From Octopus sinensis (Eukaryota): a stretch of 64,000 nucleotides of DNA. Shown one piece after another: positions 38,096 to 50,107 of this stretch. The DNA lies in contig NC_043006.1 in the NCBI RefSeq assembly GCF_006345805.1, positions 67,518,001 to 67,582,000 of the forward strand, in the 5' to 3' direction. Each line of letters starts with the position of its first letter. Positions within the stretch are counted from its first letter, which is position 1. A program made the translations under genes and the position numbers. A model generated the notes under the pieces. The model ran no database searches and was not told the origin of the DNA. It worked only from the letters and a program-made list of their open reading frames with translations.

Positions 38096-38964
38096 GAGGA
38101 GAGGAGGGGGAGGAGGAGGAAGAGGAGGAGGAGGAGGATGACGACGACGATGACGACGAGGATGATGATGGTTTAACTGCGTATATGAAAGTCTAATGTA
38201 GTGCTCTTACACTTTTTTCGATGATTCGCGGTCCCCTCTAAAATGCAGGATAACTAACATGGAAAAAATGACGTACATTCATGTACCGTAATATCTATGA
38301 ACTGGGATGAGAATGGATATCTGGCAAAGGGCAAGGTCATGTTGAAATATGCATCGGTGAGGATAACGACAGCAAGAGACATGCAAACGTGTGGATTCCA
38401 GTAGTGGAGTGGTGAATCATGTGAGCATAGAATATCAACGGTACGTGCACGATCGACCGCATGTTTTCCATCGGCCAATCACTAGCAAATGAATATGTAA
38501 GAGTGGCAAGTGGTTTTGGGGGTCAGCGACAAAAAGGGATGATAGCATGCGAAAAACTAAGTCTTGAAAGTTTTAAATTTAAGTGCCTGAAGCCAACCAT
38601 TTTCACGAAACTTCAGCATCTCTTCGCAGTCCGCCTAAAATCGCTTTGCGGTCCCCTAGGAGACCGCGGATCCCGGTTTGAGAACCACTGGTCTAAGGCA
38701 TATTTATCAGCCAGTGGCATGGGAGAGAACTGAAATAGAAGCAAAGGCTCCACTGTTAAATATTTGACCTACTGTTTAATAATTACCGGCAAGCCGACGT
38801 GTTTGAGACATTTGAGCCAAATGGAGAAATAACACAATAGCTTAGTTATGATGATCTGTCTGCCGTATTTGAAGGCATAAAAACACGAGTGTATTAGCTG
38901 CATCCCGGTTTTGACAGCGTATATTTGGTTAAAAAGTTTTTTTGTGCGTTAAAACAATCTATTT

Positions 38965-39960
38965 AAAATAATCTGCTTTCTGAGTTCGAATTCCACCGAG
39001 GTCGATTTTGCCTTTCATCCTTTCGGGAATCGATAAAATAAACACCAGCTGAGCACTGGTGGTCGATGTAATTGAATATCCCCCTCCCCCAAATTTCAGG
39101 CCTTGTGCCTATAGTAGAAAGGATTTTTTAAAAATAATCTAAGGCGGCGAGCTGGCAGAATGGTTAGCACGCCGAACAAAAAACTTAGCGGCATTTTTAT
39201 CGTCTTTACGTTCTGATTTCAAATCCCGCAGAGGTCGATTTTGCATTTCATCCTTTCGGGATCGATAAAATAAGTACCAATCGAGCACCAGGATCGATAT
39301 AATCGACTTACCTGTTATCACGAATTTGCTGGCCTTGTGCCAAAAATTGAAACCAATATTCAAAGCTATCTTTCAATATGTTGCAAACCATTACAAAAGT
39401 GGAATTCAAGTAATAGTGGTTCCAAATGTTGGTGCAAGATCTGAAATTTCGGGTTAGGGGTAAGTCGATTACATTGACCCCAGTGCTCAACTGGTACTTA
39501 TTTTTCGACCCTGAAAGAATGAAAGGCAAATTCGACCCCAGCGGCATTTGAACTCAAAACGTAAAGTCGAGAGAAATGCCGCTAAGCATTTCGCCCGGCG
39601 TGATAATAATTGTTTGATTAGTCATTCAGTCAATCAGCAAGTCTTTTCATCGAAAAACCCTTCAGTTTATCAGGATCGTTAGAGTGTTTTATAAAATTAC
39701 CCTTCGTAGCTTCTCCGATTCTCTACGCTCTGAGTTCAAATAACGCCGCAAACAATTCAGGCGGTCTGCTGGCAGAATCGTTAGCACGTCGAATAAAAAT
39801 GCTTGGCGCTTATTTCACCTGACTTTACACTCTGAATTCAAATACTGCCAAGGTCGACTTTGCCTTTCATCCTTTCAAGGGTCGATGAAATAAGTACCTG
39901 CCAAGTACTGGGGTCGATGATATCAACTTCCTTCTTCCCCTAAAATTTGAAACCATTATT
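38965..39960. mobile_element. Cluster of about 4 degenerate SINE family B copies in both orientations
   Basis: Repeated family B central domain. Confidence 0.8.
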
Positions 39961-40489
39961 ATAGAGAAAGGCTTGACAGAAGTAACAGCGATTGCCAAGG
40001 ACTAAATTACTTTACAGGAGGCCTAACTTCACATATAGGACTAAGGGTAGGGTTTTTCGGGGGTCTTTTTGCTTGTTTGTGTGGGGTTTTTTTTTAGATT
40101 TGTTTTTTTTTAAGTCAAATACGGCATATAAGTTTTCCTTCCCTCACCTTAGATTTTGCTCTTAAGAACTCCTATTTCATGAAGAAATACAGGACATGTT
40201 TGAACTGGCAGCACCAAGAGTAATGACCTTTATTAACAAACGTCTACTAACTGCCGACTTCCTTGATTTACTAGAAATTTATGTTAAAATTAACAACTTT
40301 CATGAGAATGTTGCAAGCCAAAATTTACTCTGCAGTGAATTAAAATGGATGAACTTTTCATCTACAGATCCTGGTTTCGTTTTAAACCAAACCTAAAAAG
40401 GCAAAGCTTAAAGATTACATTATGCAAATTCACTAACATATTGTGAAAATTTTCCCACTTGATAACTCTAACAAGGACAGGTTTGACAT

Positions 40490-40730
40490 TTGCTACGAAC
40501 AAGAGCAAGCCAAATATCAGGGGTTGGTCGATGAGGCCCTTGGCAAAGGATGGCGCATTGCCTCATTTCTTGTTGAAGTCGGTTGCCACGGATTTCTGGC
40601 TAGATTAGGGCACTATTTCCTGCAGAAGATTGGTCTAGAGCTTAGACAACCTGATGAAAGCCGCCAAAGAGGTAGGAATGGCAGCTGAAACCAGTTCCAG
40701 GCAGCTGTGGTTGACAAGTGACCATAAGTG
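40490..40730 (+). mobile_element. 3' end of an RLE retrotransposon (HERO-like)
   Basis: YEQEQAKYQGLVDEALGKGWRIASFLVEVGCHGFLA...AAETSSRQLWL resembles KxxKY..L...GW.....VEVGCRGF...AAE..S.WLW. Confidence 0.7.
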
Positions 40731-40849
40731 GAACCCTTTCACAAGCGAAGACTAATTCAGCCCTCGCTACTTTGCTAAGGCTAAGGGGCGAAATGCTTGC
40801 GATAAATTCAGAAGAAGAGCTTGCAAAACCTCCTCTAACATGTGGCATT

Positions 40850-41460
40850 TGGTGAATGCAGAAGTTTCTGGTGTTGCTGTCTTCATCTACGTTTATTTCC
40901 ACGTGGTTGGTTCGTCCGGAACTCTTGACAGGAAGAGATCCAATTTTGTTTTGAAAACACCTACATCCACTCCAAGAAGGTCTCTCAGACATTTTGGGAG
41001 GACATTGAAGAGTTGTGAGCACTTGAAACTCAAGTTGTTGTAGTGTCTGATCCTGTATCTTGATAGCAATGTTGGGATATTTGGCACAATGCAGGGACAC
41101 CCCATTCTGCCAGTTGTGTAACTTTCAATGCCAAAGTTTGCTACAAGTTCTTCTAAGATTTTCTAGATGTATATATCACTGCATATCCTTCCCACTTTCG
41201 TTCTTGGGAGTAGGGTTTTAACTTTTCCTGTAGCTGACATGTCTCACTGAGACGATCTTCTTTGTGTAGCTTCCTGGATTGCTTCGAGTTCCGGAGTTAA
41301 TTTTACACTGTGTGGTGACCATATTTGAAAGCATTAATCTAAACAGCTGGAGTCAAATGTCCACCAGAGAACAATCATGGTTTCCTTTTCTCTCGTTCTG
41401 AAAGTTCTATGGAGCCATTCGGCCAGTCATCTGCACTTTATCGCCAAGTTAGTAATATGC
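40850..41460 (-). mobile_element. CR1/L2-group LINE 3' fragment
   Basis: LEAIQGSYTKKIV..., IYI*KILEELVANFGIESY, YNNLSFKCSQLFNVLPKCLRDLLGVDVGVFKTKLDLFLSRVPDEP. Confidence 0.8.
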
Positions 41461-41585
41461 ACCTGGAAAGATGCATCATTACTCATGTAAATGGCCAGGT
41501 GATACTCCGATTTTGATTCAGGGGTTGCATGTATATAAAACTTATATAGCTTTACATCTAAAACGATACACATCCACACTATTAT

Positions 41586-41599
<14 letters not shown>

Positions 41600-41627
<28 letters not shown>

Positions 41628-41760
41628 ATCTGAAATGCAAAAGGTTTGTTTGTTTGTCTGGTTTTGGCATTGAGAACGGGTTAAAGGCCACTAGATCCCG
41701 TCGGATTGACTCCAAAATTTACAGGGACATGTAAAATGAGGTGAGGATGCCAGTAACTAG
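41600..41760 (+). mobile_element. Helitron-like 5' end fragment
   Basis: ...TATAAATCTGAAATGCAAAAGGTTTGTTTGTTTGTCTG...CGGATTGACTCCAAAATTT resembles common non-autonomous Helitron 5' regions. Confidence 0.4.
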
Positions 41761-43924
41761 GTTAGAAATCCCCATCTTAAAAGGTGTCGTTGTTAGGGCC
41801 AAAGACTCACTTTGACAAGTCTACTCTCATTCTTTTATGTATCTGTCTTCCTCCGTCACTCACTCTTTCCTCCCTTCCCATCACTTTCTATATATAACGT
41901 CGTTTAACAGTGTCTAACTCCCCTTCACTTTCTCTTTATAACGTCGTCAAACAGCGTTCTTTATCTCCCCCTCCCCGCCTTCGACAGCGCTTTCACACGC
42001 TCTCTCTCTCTACGTCTGTCTGCATTCATAGAGAGAATTATCATCGCCACAACCACAACCACATCTTCATGAGAACAAATATTATGAATTAGATATTTAT
42101 TGGGTTAATTTATATGTGTGTGTGTGTGTGTTTGTGTGTGTTCTATATATAAATATGTATATATAATGTATATATACAAAGTGTATATATCTGTATTTAT
42201 GTATATTAAACTTTTTAATACTTTTTTGATAGTTATATATATTTTTTTTAAATTATAAATATAAATTAATAATTTTAATTTAAAATTTTAATAATTTTAA
42301 TTTAAGAAATTTCTCATTTTTACGTTTTTTTGCCTTCTATTTTTTTTGTTGTTTACAGTTTTCATTTTTTCTGAAAGAAATTTACAGCTGCATGTAGCCC
42401 GTGTTTAGAGCTTTCATTTGCATGGTCAATCGTCGAAAAATTCCCAAAATAAGTACTAAATTTAACAAAAAAATCCTTTTTCTTCCTTATTTTTAATTGC
42501 TCAAATAGTGCCACGTACAAAAGACAAGTGTGCTTTCCGTCGTCACTGCCTGATATTTATGATTGATCTTTCAAAATATTTTCTTTCTCAACTTGCTCAA
42601 GATCTTTTGTTTTTTATAAATGGGAGAGAGATAGATAGACAAAGATAGAGCGTAAGAGAAAGCGAGGAAGTGTCCGAGAGAAGGGAAGAGTAAGAGAGTG
42701 GGAAAGTGAGAGAGAAAGGAGAGAGAAACAAAGAGGGAGAATGTGGCGATAAGAAACAGAAAGTAACAACCACACCCTCACCCGAGGATAGAGCGGGTCA
42801 CCTTAAGCTAATTATCTCTATTTTGTTAAATATATATAAACCCCGGTTTATCTAATTACCTTACAGTTGAATATTAAATATAACATTCAATACTTATAAC
42901 AGTTAATAAACCAGTAAATTCATTGAATTTTATTATCTCTTAAACAGGTGTTGAACCTTTAATTAAACTTATATATCTCTTATTATAAAAGGCAGATTTT
43001 ATCTGCCTCCCTTTGTCTCTTATAGAAATCTACAATATAGGATTTCTTCAATTACAATTTACCTAGCATTTTTAAGAGTAGAATACATCGGGTCGTGCCA
43101 GGTACAGTTTTTCAAATTTCACCCCCAATTAAGCAAAATTTCGAGAAAACTCACATTGTGGTGTGTAAGTGAAGTGCTTTTCTTAGTGTGGGCTACAGCA
43201 CACACACACACACACACACACACCACACACACACACAAACGGAGCGAAATGCTTCACTCATGCTATCACCCTAACTTCTCCTCCTTTCTCTTTGCAAGTG
43301 TGCAACGATTAAAGTGGAAGTATTTATATAAAACGAGAGAAGTGTACCTTAAACCACTACTCAAAAAAAAAACACAGCAAACAGAAACAAATAAATACAT
43401 AACGATTTACTCCTCACACAATTTCTTCAATTAGAGTTTACCTATGATTTTTCAAAGTACTTCCATTCGGTCATGGCATACAAAATTTCTTTCAATTTCA
43501 CCCCCATATTACTCCCACTTCCTATTTAAACACAGATACGCAAATATATAAATAAAATTGTAAGCTAACGTGTGTGTGTGGTGTGTGTGTGCGTGTGTGT
43601 GTGTGTGCGTGTGTGTGTGTGTGAGGGTGCGTGTGTGTCTGTGTGTGCGTGTGTGTGAGTGTGTGACAGGGATGAGCCAGTCAGACTGGTCATCCTTTTT
43701 GCTAGAAGATCACCTATGGTCTTTTATGCTACACCACTGGTTTTTAGTTCATATTAATCAAATTAATATTCACAACGAGAAGGACTATTCATTATAATAC
43801 ATCAGTTCCACACATTTACCCTGGTTCCATTTCGGACAACTGCACAAACATTTGCCATTTCACACATGTATGTAAACAAATTCCTTTCTTAAAAATTTCA
43901 ATTCATTTTCTTTTTCAATTCATA

Positions 43925-44275
43925 CAAATTTTTTTAGGACGAAATTAAGATCTAAAGTTATCTCTAAGTAGCACAAAGATCGCCCAAAAGTGTATATAGA
44001 TATATAAATGTATTTATATATTCATCTATGCACACATGTATGTATAACGTGTGTGTATATATTTCCATAGAGGTAACCATTCACTCCATACAAATTTTTT
44101 TAGGACGAAATTAAGATCTAAAGTTATCTCTAAGTAGCACAAAGATCGCCCAAAAGTGTATATAGATATTTAAATGTATTTATATATTCATCTATACACA
44201 CATGTATGTATAATGTGCGTGCATATATTTCCATAGAGGTAACCATTCAATCCATACAAAGTTTTTTAGGACGAA
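43925..44275. repeat. 166-bp tandem repeat (about 2.2 units) inside the Helitron
   Basis: AGGACGAAA starts at 43936, 44102 and 44268. The same unit appears on the reverse strand at 30315, 30481 and 30642. Confidence 0.9.
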
Positions 44276-44526
44276 AATATTTATATATAAAAGAAAGGTT
44301 GTGTGTCTGTCTACTCCGATTTAGATTCCTAACTACTCCCACATTTTGCGATGCAGTTTAACCAAAACCGGGTATCTTATAGTCGTGATTCATATTGAGC
44401 CCTTCTGGGTATTAGCGCGCGTCTACGATGAGTCTACGATTTTACAAATAATTTACCATCATTTTTTTCCATTTTAATGCATATTTCTTTAAATAAAGGG
44501 AAGTAACTCTCAAACTTCACACCAAT

Positions 44527-45048
44527 ATGCGTGCTCATATGCGACGTAATATCACATCAGCAGCATTTCCTCACACCCTCCTTGCACTTGGCGAAGGCAA
44601 AATACCAGGGGATGAAAATGGTAATATTGCCATCGATTCCATTTGTACCATTGTTAAGACACCTTCTGATCTCAGAGATGCAGTGTTCCCAGATCTACAA
44701 GCTAATTATCAGAATATGGATTGGATTGGCAAAAAGGCTATACTGGCCCCGAGGAATAAAACTGTTCACCATATTAATGATGAAATGCTAAAACTCATTC
44801 CTGGGGAAGTCTATGTATATCAGTCTATCGATACAACTCCTGACCCAGAGGACGTCATCAACTATCCAATAGAGGTACTCAATTCCTTTGAGCACCCCAG
44901 ACTACCACCACACTTTCTCAAACTTAAAGTTGGTGCCCCTATAATGCTCATCAAAAATTTGGTTCCCCAAAAACAATGCAATGGCACACGTTTGATCGTT
45001 AAGTCCTTATCTCCCACCGTAAACTTATATCAATATTTGCCTGAATAA
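44527..45048 (+). pseudogene. Helitron RepHel Pif1-family helicase fragment
   Basis: KKAILAPRNKTVHHIN, YPIEVLNSFEHPRLPPHFLKLKVGAPIMLIKNL and CNGTRLIVKSL are typical SF1B/Pif1 Helitron motifs. The fragment lies inside Helitron termini and is truncated at both ends. Confidence 0.9.
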
Positions 45049-45124
45049 TCATCATAATTCAGTGCAATCATTAACAGTACTTTCAAGCAATTCAGCCCCG
45101 AGCAACGCTGGGCAATTCTGCTAG

Positions 45125-45484
45125 TATATATATAAATGGCAAAATGTCTGCGTGTGTATCCTTTATACAAATCCACAATTTTTCAGTTAGAGAGCTCGCA
45201 CTTTCTATGGTCATTCAAAACCGTCCAAGGGTGGTCGTGCACATCTTTACATTTCCCCAATCACCCTGCAAAGCCATTAAAAAATCAATAGAAATTACTT
45301 TTTTGTGAATTTTCTATCCAAAACCCAATCAAAATGCCTGAAACTTGATATGCCAATTGAATGCTAGCTAGCTGTATGTGATTGGTCAGAGATTTGGACA
45401 GTACTCGCGTGTATGTGTGCACGCACACAGCTATATATGCATGCACTAGCACTATGACCCGGCGTTGCCGGGTCTTAGTGCTAG
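45125..45484 (+). mobile_element. Small non-autonomous Helitron directly abutting copy 2
   Basis: Starts in TATATATATAAATGGCAAAATGTCTG and ends GACCCGGCGTTGCCGGGTCTTAGTGCTAG|T. Confidence 0.65.
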
Positions 45485-45821
45485 TATTATATATCTATGG
45501 TTTTTAGGAAATTGATTGTTATGGCCGGTTATTGATTTCGCACCTATGAAGTGCTTAGCCATACAGGCGACTCATCAGGTTCAAATGGCTGCAGACACAT
45601 AACTTCTCTACAACTGGAGGGATGAAGACGTCATGGTCAGTTAGTTATGTAAGCAAAAATATACATCTGGAATGGCCGTGCAGGATATGTTTCAGGTGGG
45701 ACAGGATTAACTTTCTTACATCGGTTCTAACCGTAACAATATTTGAAGATGCTGTCGTGATTCTATTCAGCAAATGAGAAATTCCAAACTTTTAAGAAAA
45801 AAGGGACTCCAGGCCAAGAAA

Positions 45822-46353
45822 TTTTTTTCCCACGAGAGTTCTGGACCCCAGCTATGATCTGATTTGCATACAGCCAATCAGAGCTCAACAATCAAACTAT
45901 TTTTTGAGCGCATAACAAGTGATGGGCGATAAGATAAGGTCACTTGGGTAAGGAATGACCATGCTTCTCTTCTCTTTTAATAATGTTTGTTGTCCTTGTT
46001 CTTGTTTCAACTATGGCTGCCACTGCGTAATTATTTGTGTTGTTGTTTGCTATGTAAAACAGTAAGGGGAAAGGATCGCTAGCACATCGCCCTCTACCCA
46101 CATTTTTCCCATCCACATCTTTACCATATGGGGCCCTAACAAAATCTGATAATAGGTATAGATGCAAATCTAATTACTTGTCTCCTTCTAAAATCAAGCA
46201 TATCTTGGCAATCGGTCACTTACAACACCTTTCTTCGTCTTGAGTTTACTTGGTAGAGTGTGTTTGTTAACTTGACAACAAGGTCAAGGTAAGCTCTGAT
46301 TGGCTGTATGCAAATGAGTTCATTACTGGGGTCCGGAACTCTCATGGGAAAAA
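45822..46353. mobile_element. Fold-back or MITE-like element with inverted arms of about 62 bp containing ATTTGCAT and CCAAT
   Basis: 45822-45885 is the reverse complement of 46292-46353 with a few mismatches. Confidence 0.7.
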
Positions 46354-46913
46354 CCATTTTGCCTCCGGGCCAAGCGAGTTTTTCAGTATTCTTAATCTCT
46401 CTGCCAAGCAAAGCTTACGACATTTGCTCTCGTTTATATAAGTCCTCGGTTGTTAAAGAAGCTTCCATGTAATTGAGTGAGTTGCACTCCAATGTTGTTG
46501 ACTGTGTTTTAGTTAAAGCTACGGTTTTAAAATCTGCCCAGATATACCACTCTTTGGTATTTCCCATTGACAACGGCTAAAGAGCTAGAAATACGTTTGG
46601 GAATCCGATAGGAAGTAGCACTGAGCAGATATGGGGTTTTTACACTTTTTACCATAAGAGTGAATTTTTTCCTCCCACAGTAATTGCAGTGAATTTGCCT
46701 TTAAAAGTTGAAATATATCACACATTTTGACTAACCTAGAGTTTGCTTATGCCTAAACACTGCTTGACGCCGATACTGCTGTATATATATATATACACAC
46801 ACACACATATATACACACACACACGCATATATGCACACATATACATGTGTGTATGTGTGTGTGTGTCTGTATATGTATATGTGCATGTAGACATGTATAT
46901 ATATATATATATA

Positions 46914-47740
46914 CGTCTGCGCTGGTATGGGCATGTGACGAGAATGGGTGAAGATAGTTGTGTGCAAAAGTGCCGCACTCTAGCAGTTGAGGGAACCTGT
47001 GGAAGAGGTAGACCCAGGAAAACCTGGGACGAGGTAGTGAAGCACGACCTTCGAACTTTAGGTCTCACCAAGGAAATGACTAGAGACCGAGACCTATGGA
47101 AGTATGCTGTGCGTGAGAAGACCCGGCAAGACCAGTGAGAACAGTCAAAATCAAACCAAATCAACATCAGTGGAAATTGCAGCTATGGTTAAGCGAACCA
47201 TCTGATCGTTTGTCCGTTGCCAGCCTCGCCTGGCCCCCGTGCCGTTGGCACGTAAAAGCACCATCCGCTCATGTCCGTTGCCAGCTTCACCTGGCCCCCG
47301 TGCCGGTAGCACGTAAAAGCAGCATCCGTTCGTGTCCATTGCCAGCCTCGCCTGGCCCCCGTGCCGGTAGCACGTAAAAGCAGCATCCGTTCGTGTCCGT
47401 TGCCAGCCTCGCCTGGCCCCCGTGCCGGTAGCACGTAAAAGCAGCATCCGTTCGTGTCCGTTGCCAGCCTCGCATGGCCCCCGTGCCGGTAGCACGTAAA
47501 AGCACCATCCGTTCGTGGCCGTTTGCCAGCTTTGTCTGGCACCTGTGCAGGTGGCACGTAAAAAGCACCCACTACACTCACGGAGTGGTTGGCGTTAGGA
47601 AGGGCATCCAGCCGTAGAAACACTGCCAAATCTGACTGGGCCTGATGAAGCCTCCCGGCTTCACAGACCCAGTTAAACTGTCCAAACCATGCTAGCATGG
47701 AAAACGGACGCTAAATGATGATGATGATGATGATGATGAT
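46914..47740 (+). mobile_element. 5'-truncated RTE-clade LINE (ORF C-terminus, 3'UTR with 61-bp tandem repeats, (GAT)n tail)
   Basis: RLRWYGHVTRMGEDSCVQKCRTLAVEGTCGRGRPRKTWDEVVKHDLRTLGL...DRDLWKYAVREKTRQDQ*. Confidence 0.9.
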
Positions 47741-47884
47741 ATATATATATGTGGATCTATTTATATAAGTGCATGTATATATTTATGTGTATGAGGATAA
47801 CTATATGTATGCATGTATGTGTATGTATATTATATGTATGTGTGTGTGTATATATATATACATATATGTGCGTGTGTATGTATG

Positions 47885-47922
<38 letters not shown>

Positions 47923-49548
47923 GTCATTGCCAGTGCCGCCCCGACTGCATCCGTGCCAGTGACACGTAAAAAGCACCATCCTATCGTGGCCGTTGCCAGC
48001 CTGGCCTGGCCCCCGTGCTGGTGGCACGTAAAAAGCACCATCCGATCGTGGCCGTTGCCAGCCTCGCCTGGCCCCCGTGCCGTTGGCACGTAAAAGCACC
48101 ATCCGCTCGTGTCCGTTGCCAGCTTCGCCTGGCCCCCGTGCCGGTAGCACGTAAAAGCACCATCCGTTCGTGTCCGTTGCCAGCCTCGCTTGGCCCCCGT
48201 GCCGGTAGCACGTAAAAGCACCATCCGTTCGTGTCCGTTGCCAGCCTCGCCTGGCCCCCGTGCCGGTAGCACGTAAAAGCACCATCTGTTCGTGTCCGTT
48301 GCCAGCCTCGCCTGGACCCCGTGCCGTAGCACGTAAAAGCACCATCCGTTCGTGGCCGTTTGCCAGCTTTGTCTGGCACTGTGCAGGTGGCACGTAAAAA
48401 GCACCACTACCTACACTCACGGAGTGGTTGCGTTAGGAAGGGCATCCAGCCGTAGAAACACTGCCAAATCTGACTGGGCCTGATGAAGCCTCCCGGCTTC
48501 ACAGCCCCAGTTAAACCGTCCAACCCATGCTAGCATGGAAAACGGACGCTAAATGATGATGATGATGATGATGATGATATATATATATGTGGATCTATTT
48601 ATAAGTGCATGTATATATTTTGTATGAGGATAACTATATGTATGCATGTATGTGTATGTATATTATATGTATGTGTGTGTGTATATATATATACATATAG
48701 TGCGTGTGTATGTATGTATATATAATGTGTGTGTGTGTGTGTGTGTGTGTGTGGTCATTGCCAGTTGCCGCCCCGATGCATCCGTGCCAGTGACACGTAA
48801 AAAGCACCATCCTATCGTGGCCGTTGCCAGCCTGGCCTGGCCCCCGTCTGGTGGCACGTAAAAGCACCATCCGATCGTGGCCGTTGCCAGCCTCGCCTGG
48901 CCCCCGTGCCGTTGGCACGTAAAAGCACCATCCGCTCGTGTCCGTTGCCAGCTTCGCCTGGCCCCCATGCCGGTAGCACGTAAAAGCACCATCCGTTCGT
49001 GTCCGTTGCCAGCCTCGCTTGGCCCCCGTGCCGGTAGCACGTAAAAGCACCATCCGTTCGTGTCCGTTGCCAGCCTCGCCTGGCCCCCGTGCCGGTAGCA
49101 CGTAAAAGCACCATCTGTTCGTGTCCGTTGCCAGCCTCGCCTGGCCCCCGTGCCGGTAGCACGTAAAAGCACCATCCGTTCGTGGCCGTTTGCCAGCTTT
49201 GTCTGGCACCTGTGCAGGTGGCACGTAAAAAGCACCCACTACACTCACGGAGTGGTTGGCGTTAGGAAGGGCATCCAGCCGTAGAAACACTGCCAAATCT
49301 GACTGGGCCTGATGAAGCCTCCCGCTTCACAGACCCCAGTTAAACCGTCCAACCCATGCTAGCATGAAAACGGACGCTAAATGATGATGATGATGATGAT
49401 GATGATATATATATATGTGGATCTATTTATATAAGTGCATGTTTATATTTATGTGTATGAGGATAACTATATGTATGCATGTATGTGTATGTATATTATA
49501 TATATGTGTGTGTATATATATATATATTTATGTGCGTGTGTATGTATG

Positions 49549-49585
<37 letters not shown>

Positions 49586-49600
49586 ATGTATATATGTATG
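47140..49600 (+). repeat. Higher-order tandem array: three units of about 830 bp, each with a 61-bp sub-array, RTE tail and microsatellite spacer
   Basis: GTGGATCTAT anchors at 47751, 48589 and 49417 (periods 838 and 828 bp). Confidence 0.9.
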
Positions 49601-50075
49601 TTTGTATATATGTGTGTGTATGTGTGTGTGTCTGTGTGTATAGTTCGAATTTATTGAAAACAAAAGACAAAGACAGGTGAAGAAACAATGCCTGGGAAGA
49701 AGGGAAAATATATACATTCATTTATTTATGTATATGTGTACACATACTCGTTTAATATCCGCCTTACATGCCGGCGTGTGAAATTAACATGCAAGTGGCT
49801 GAATACTCCACAGACACACATACGCCTTAATATAGTTCTCAGTGAGATTTAGCATCACATAGAATGTGACAAGGCTGGCCCTTCTAAATTACAGGTACAA
49901 TTCAGCTTTGCCAGCCGTGTGGGCTGGAACAATGTGAAATAAAGAGTCTTGCTCAAGGACACCACCAGATATTGAAAACAACCTAACAATCAGGAGTCAA
50001 AAACCTTGACCACCTGACTACACAACAACAGCAATGAGAAAACCAAAGACAGTACCAGTAATACATGATTTTAAA

Positions 50076-50081
50076 TTTATT
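50076..50081 (-). promoter_or_regulatory. Candidate polyadenylation signal AATAAA for COASY
   Basis: TTTATT on the + strand, about 27 nt past the stop codon. Confidence 0.4.
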
Positions 50082-50107
50082 CCTTAAAATATAAACAAAC
50101 ATCCGCC

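Larger units (their letters stand above)
42976..45124 (+). mobile_element. Non-autonomous composite Helitron, copy 2
   Basis: A|TC 5' end at 42976 (TCTCTTATTATAAAAGG). 3' hairpin CCCGAGCAACGCTGGG followed by CTAG|T at 45121-45124. Contains 166-bp repeats and a helicase fragment. Confidence 0.85.

Noticed and set aside
44527-45048. Host PIF1 helicase gene
   Set aside because: It is a truncated fragment enclosed by Helitron termini and has a frameshifted second copy at 29577-30043.
47200-49200. CRISPR-like appearance of the 61-bp repeats
   Set aside because: The units are contiguous tandem copies with no unique spacers, no cas genes are present and the context is a eukaryotic RTE 3'UTR.
47151-49296. 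Repetitive ORFs (GAFYV/RPRSDG/CHRHRC motifs), also at 53452-55250
   Set aside because: They are incidental translations of RTE 3'UTR tandem repeats, open on both strands and in several frames, and broken by indels between units.
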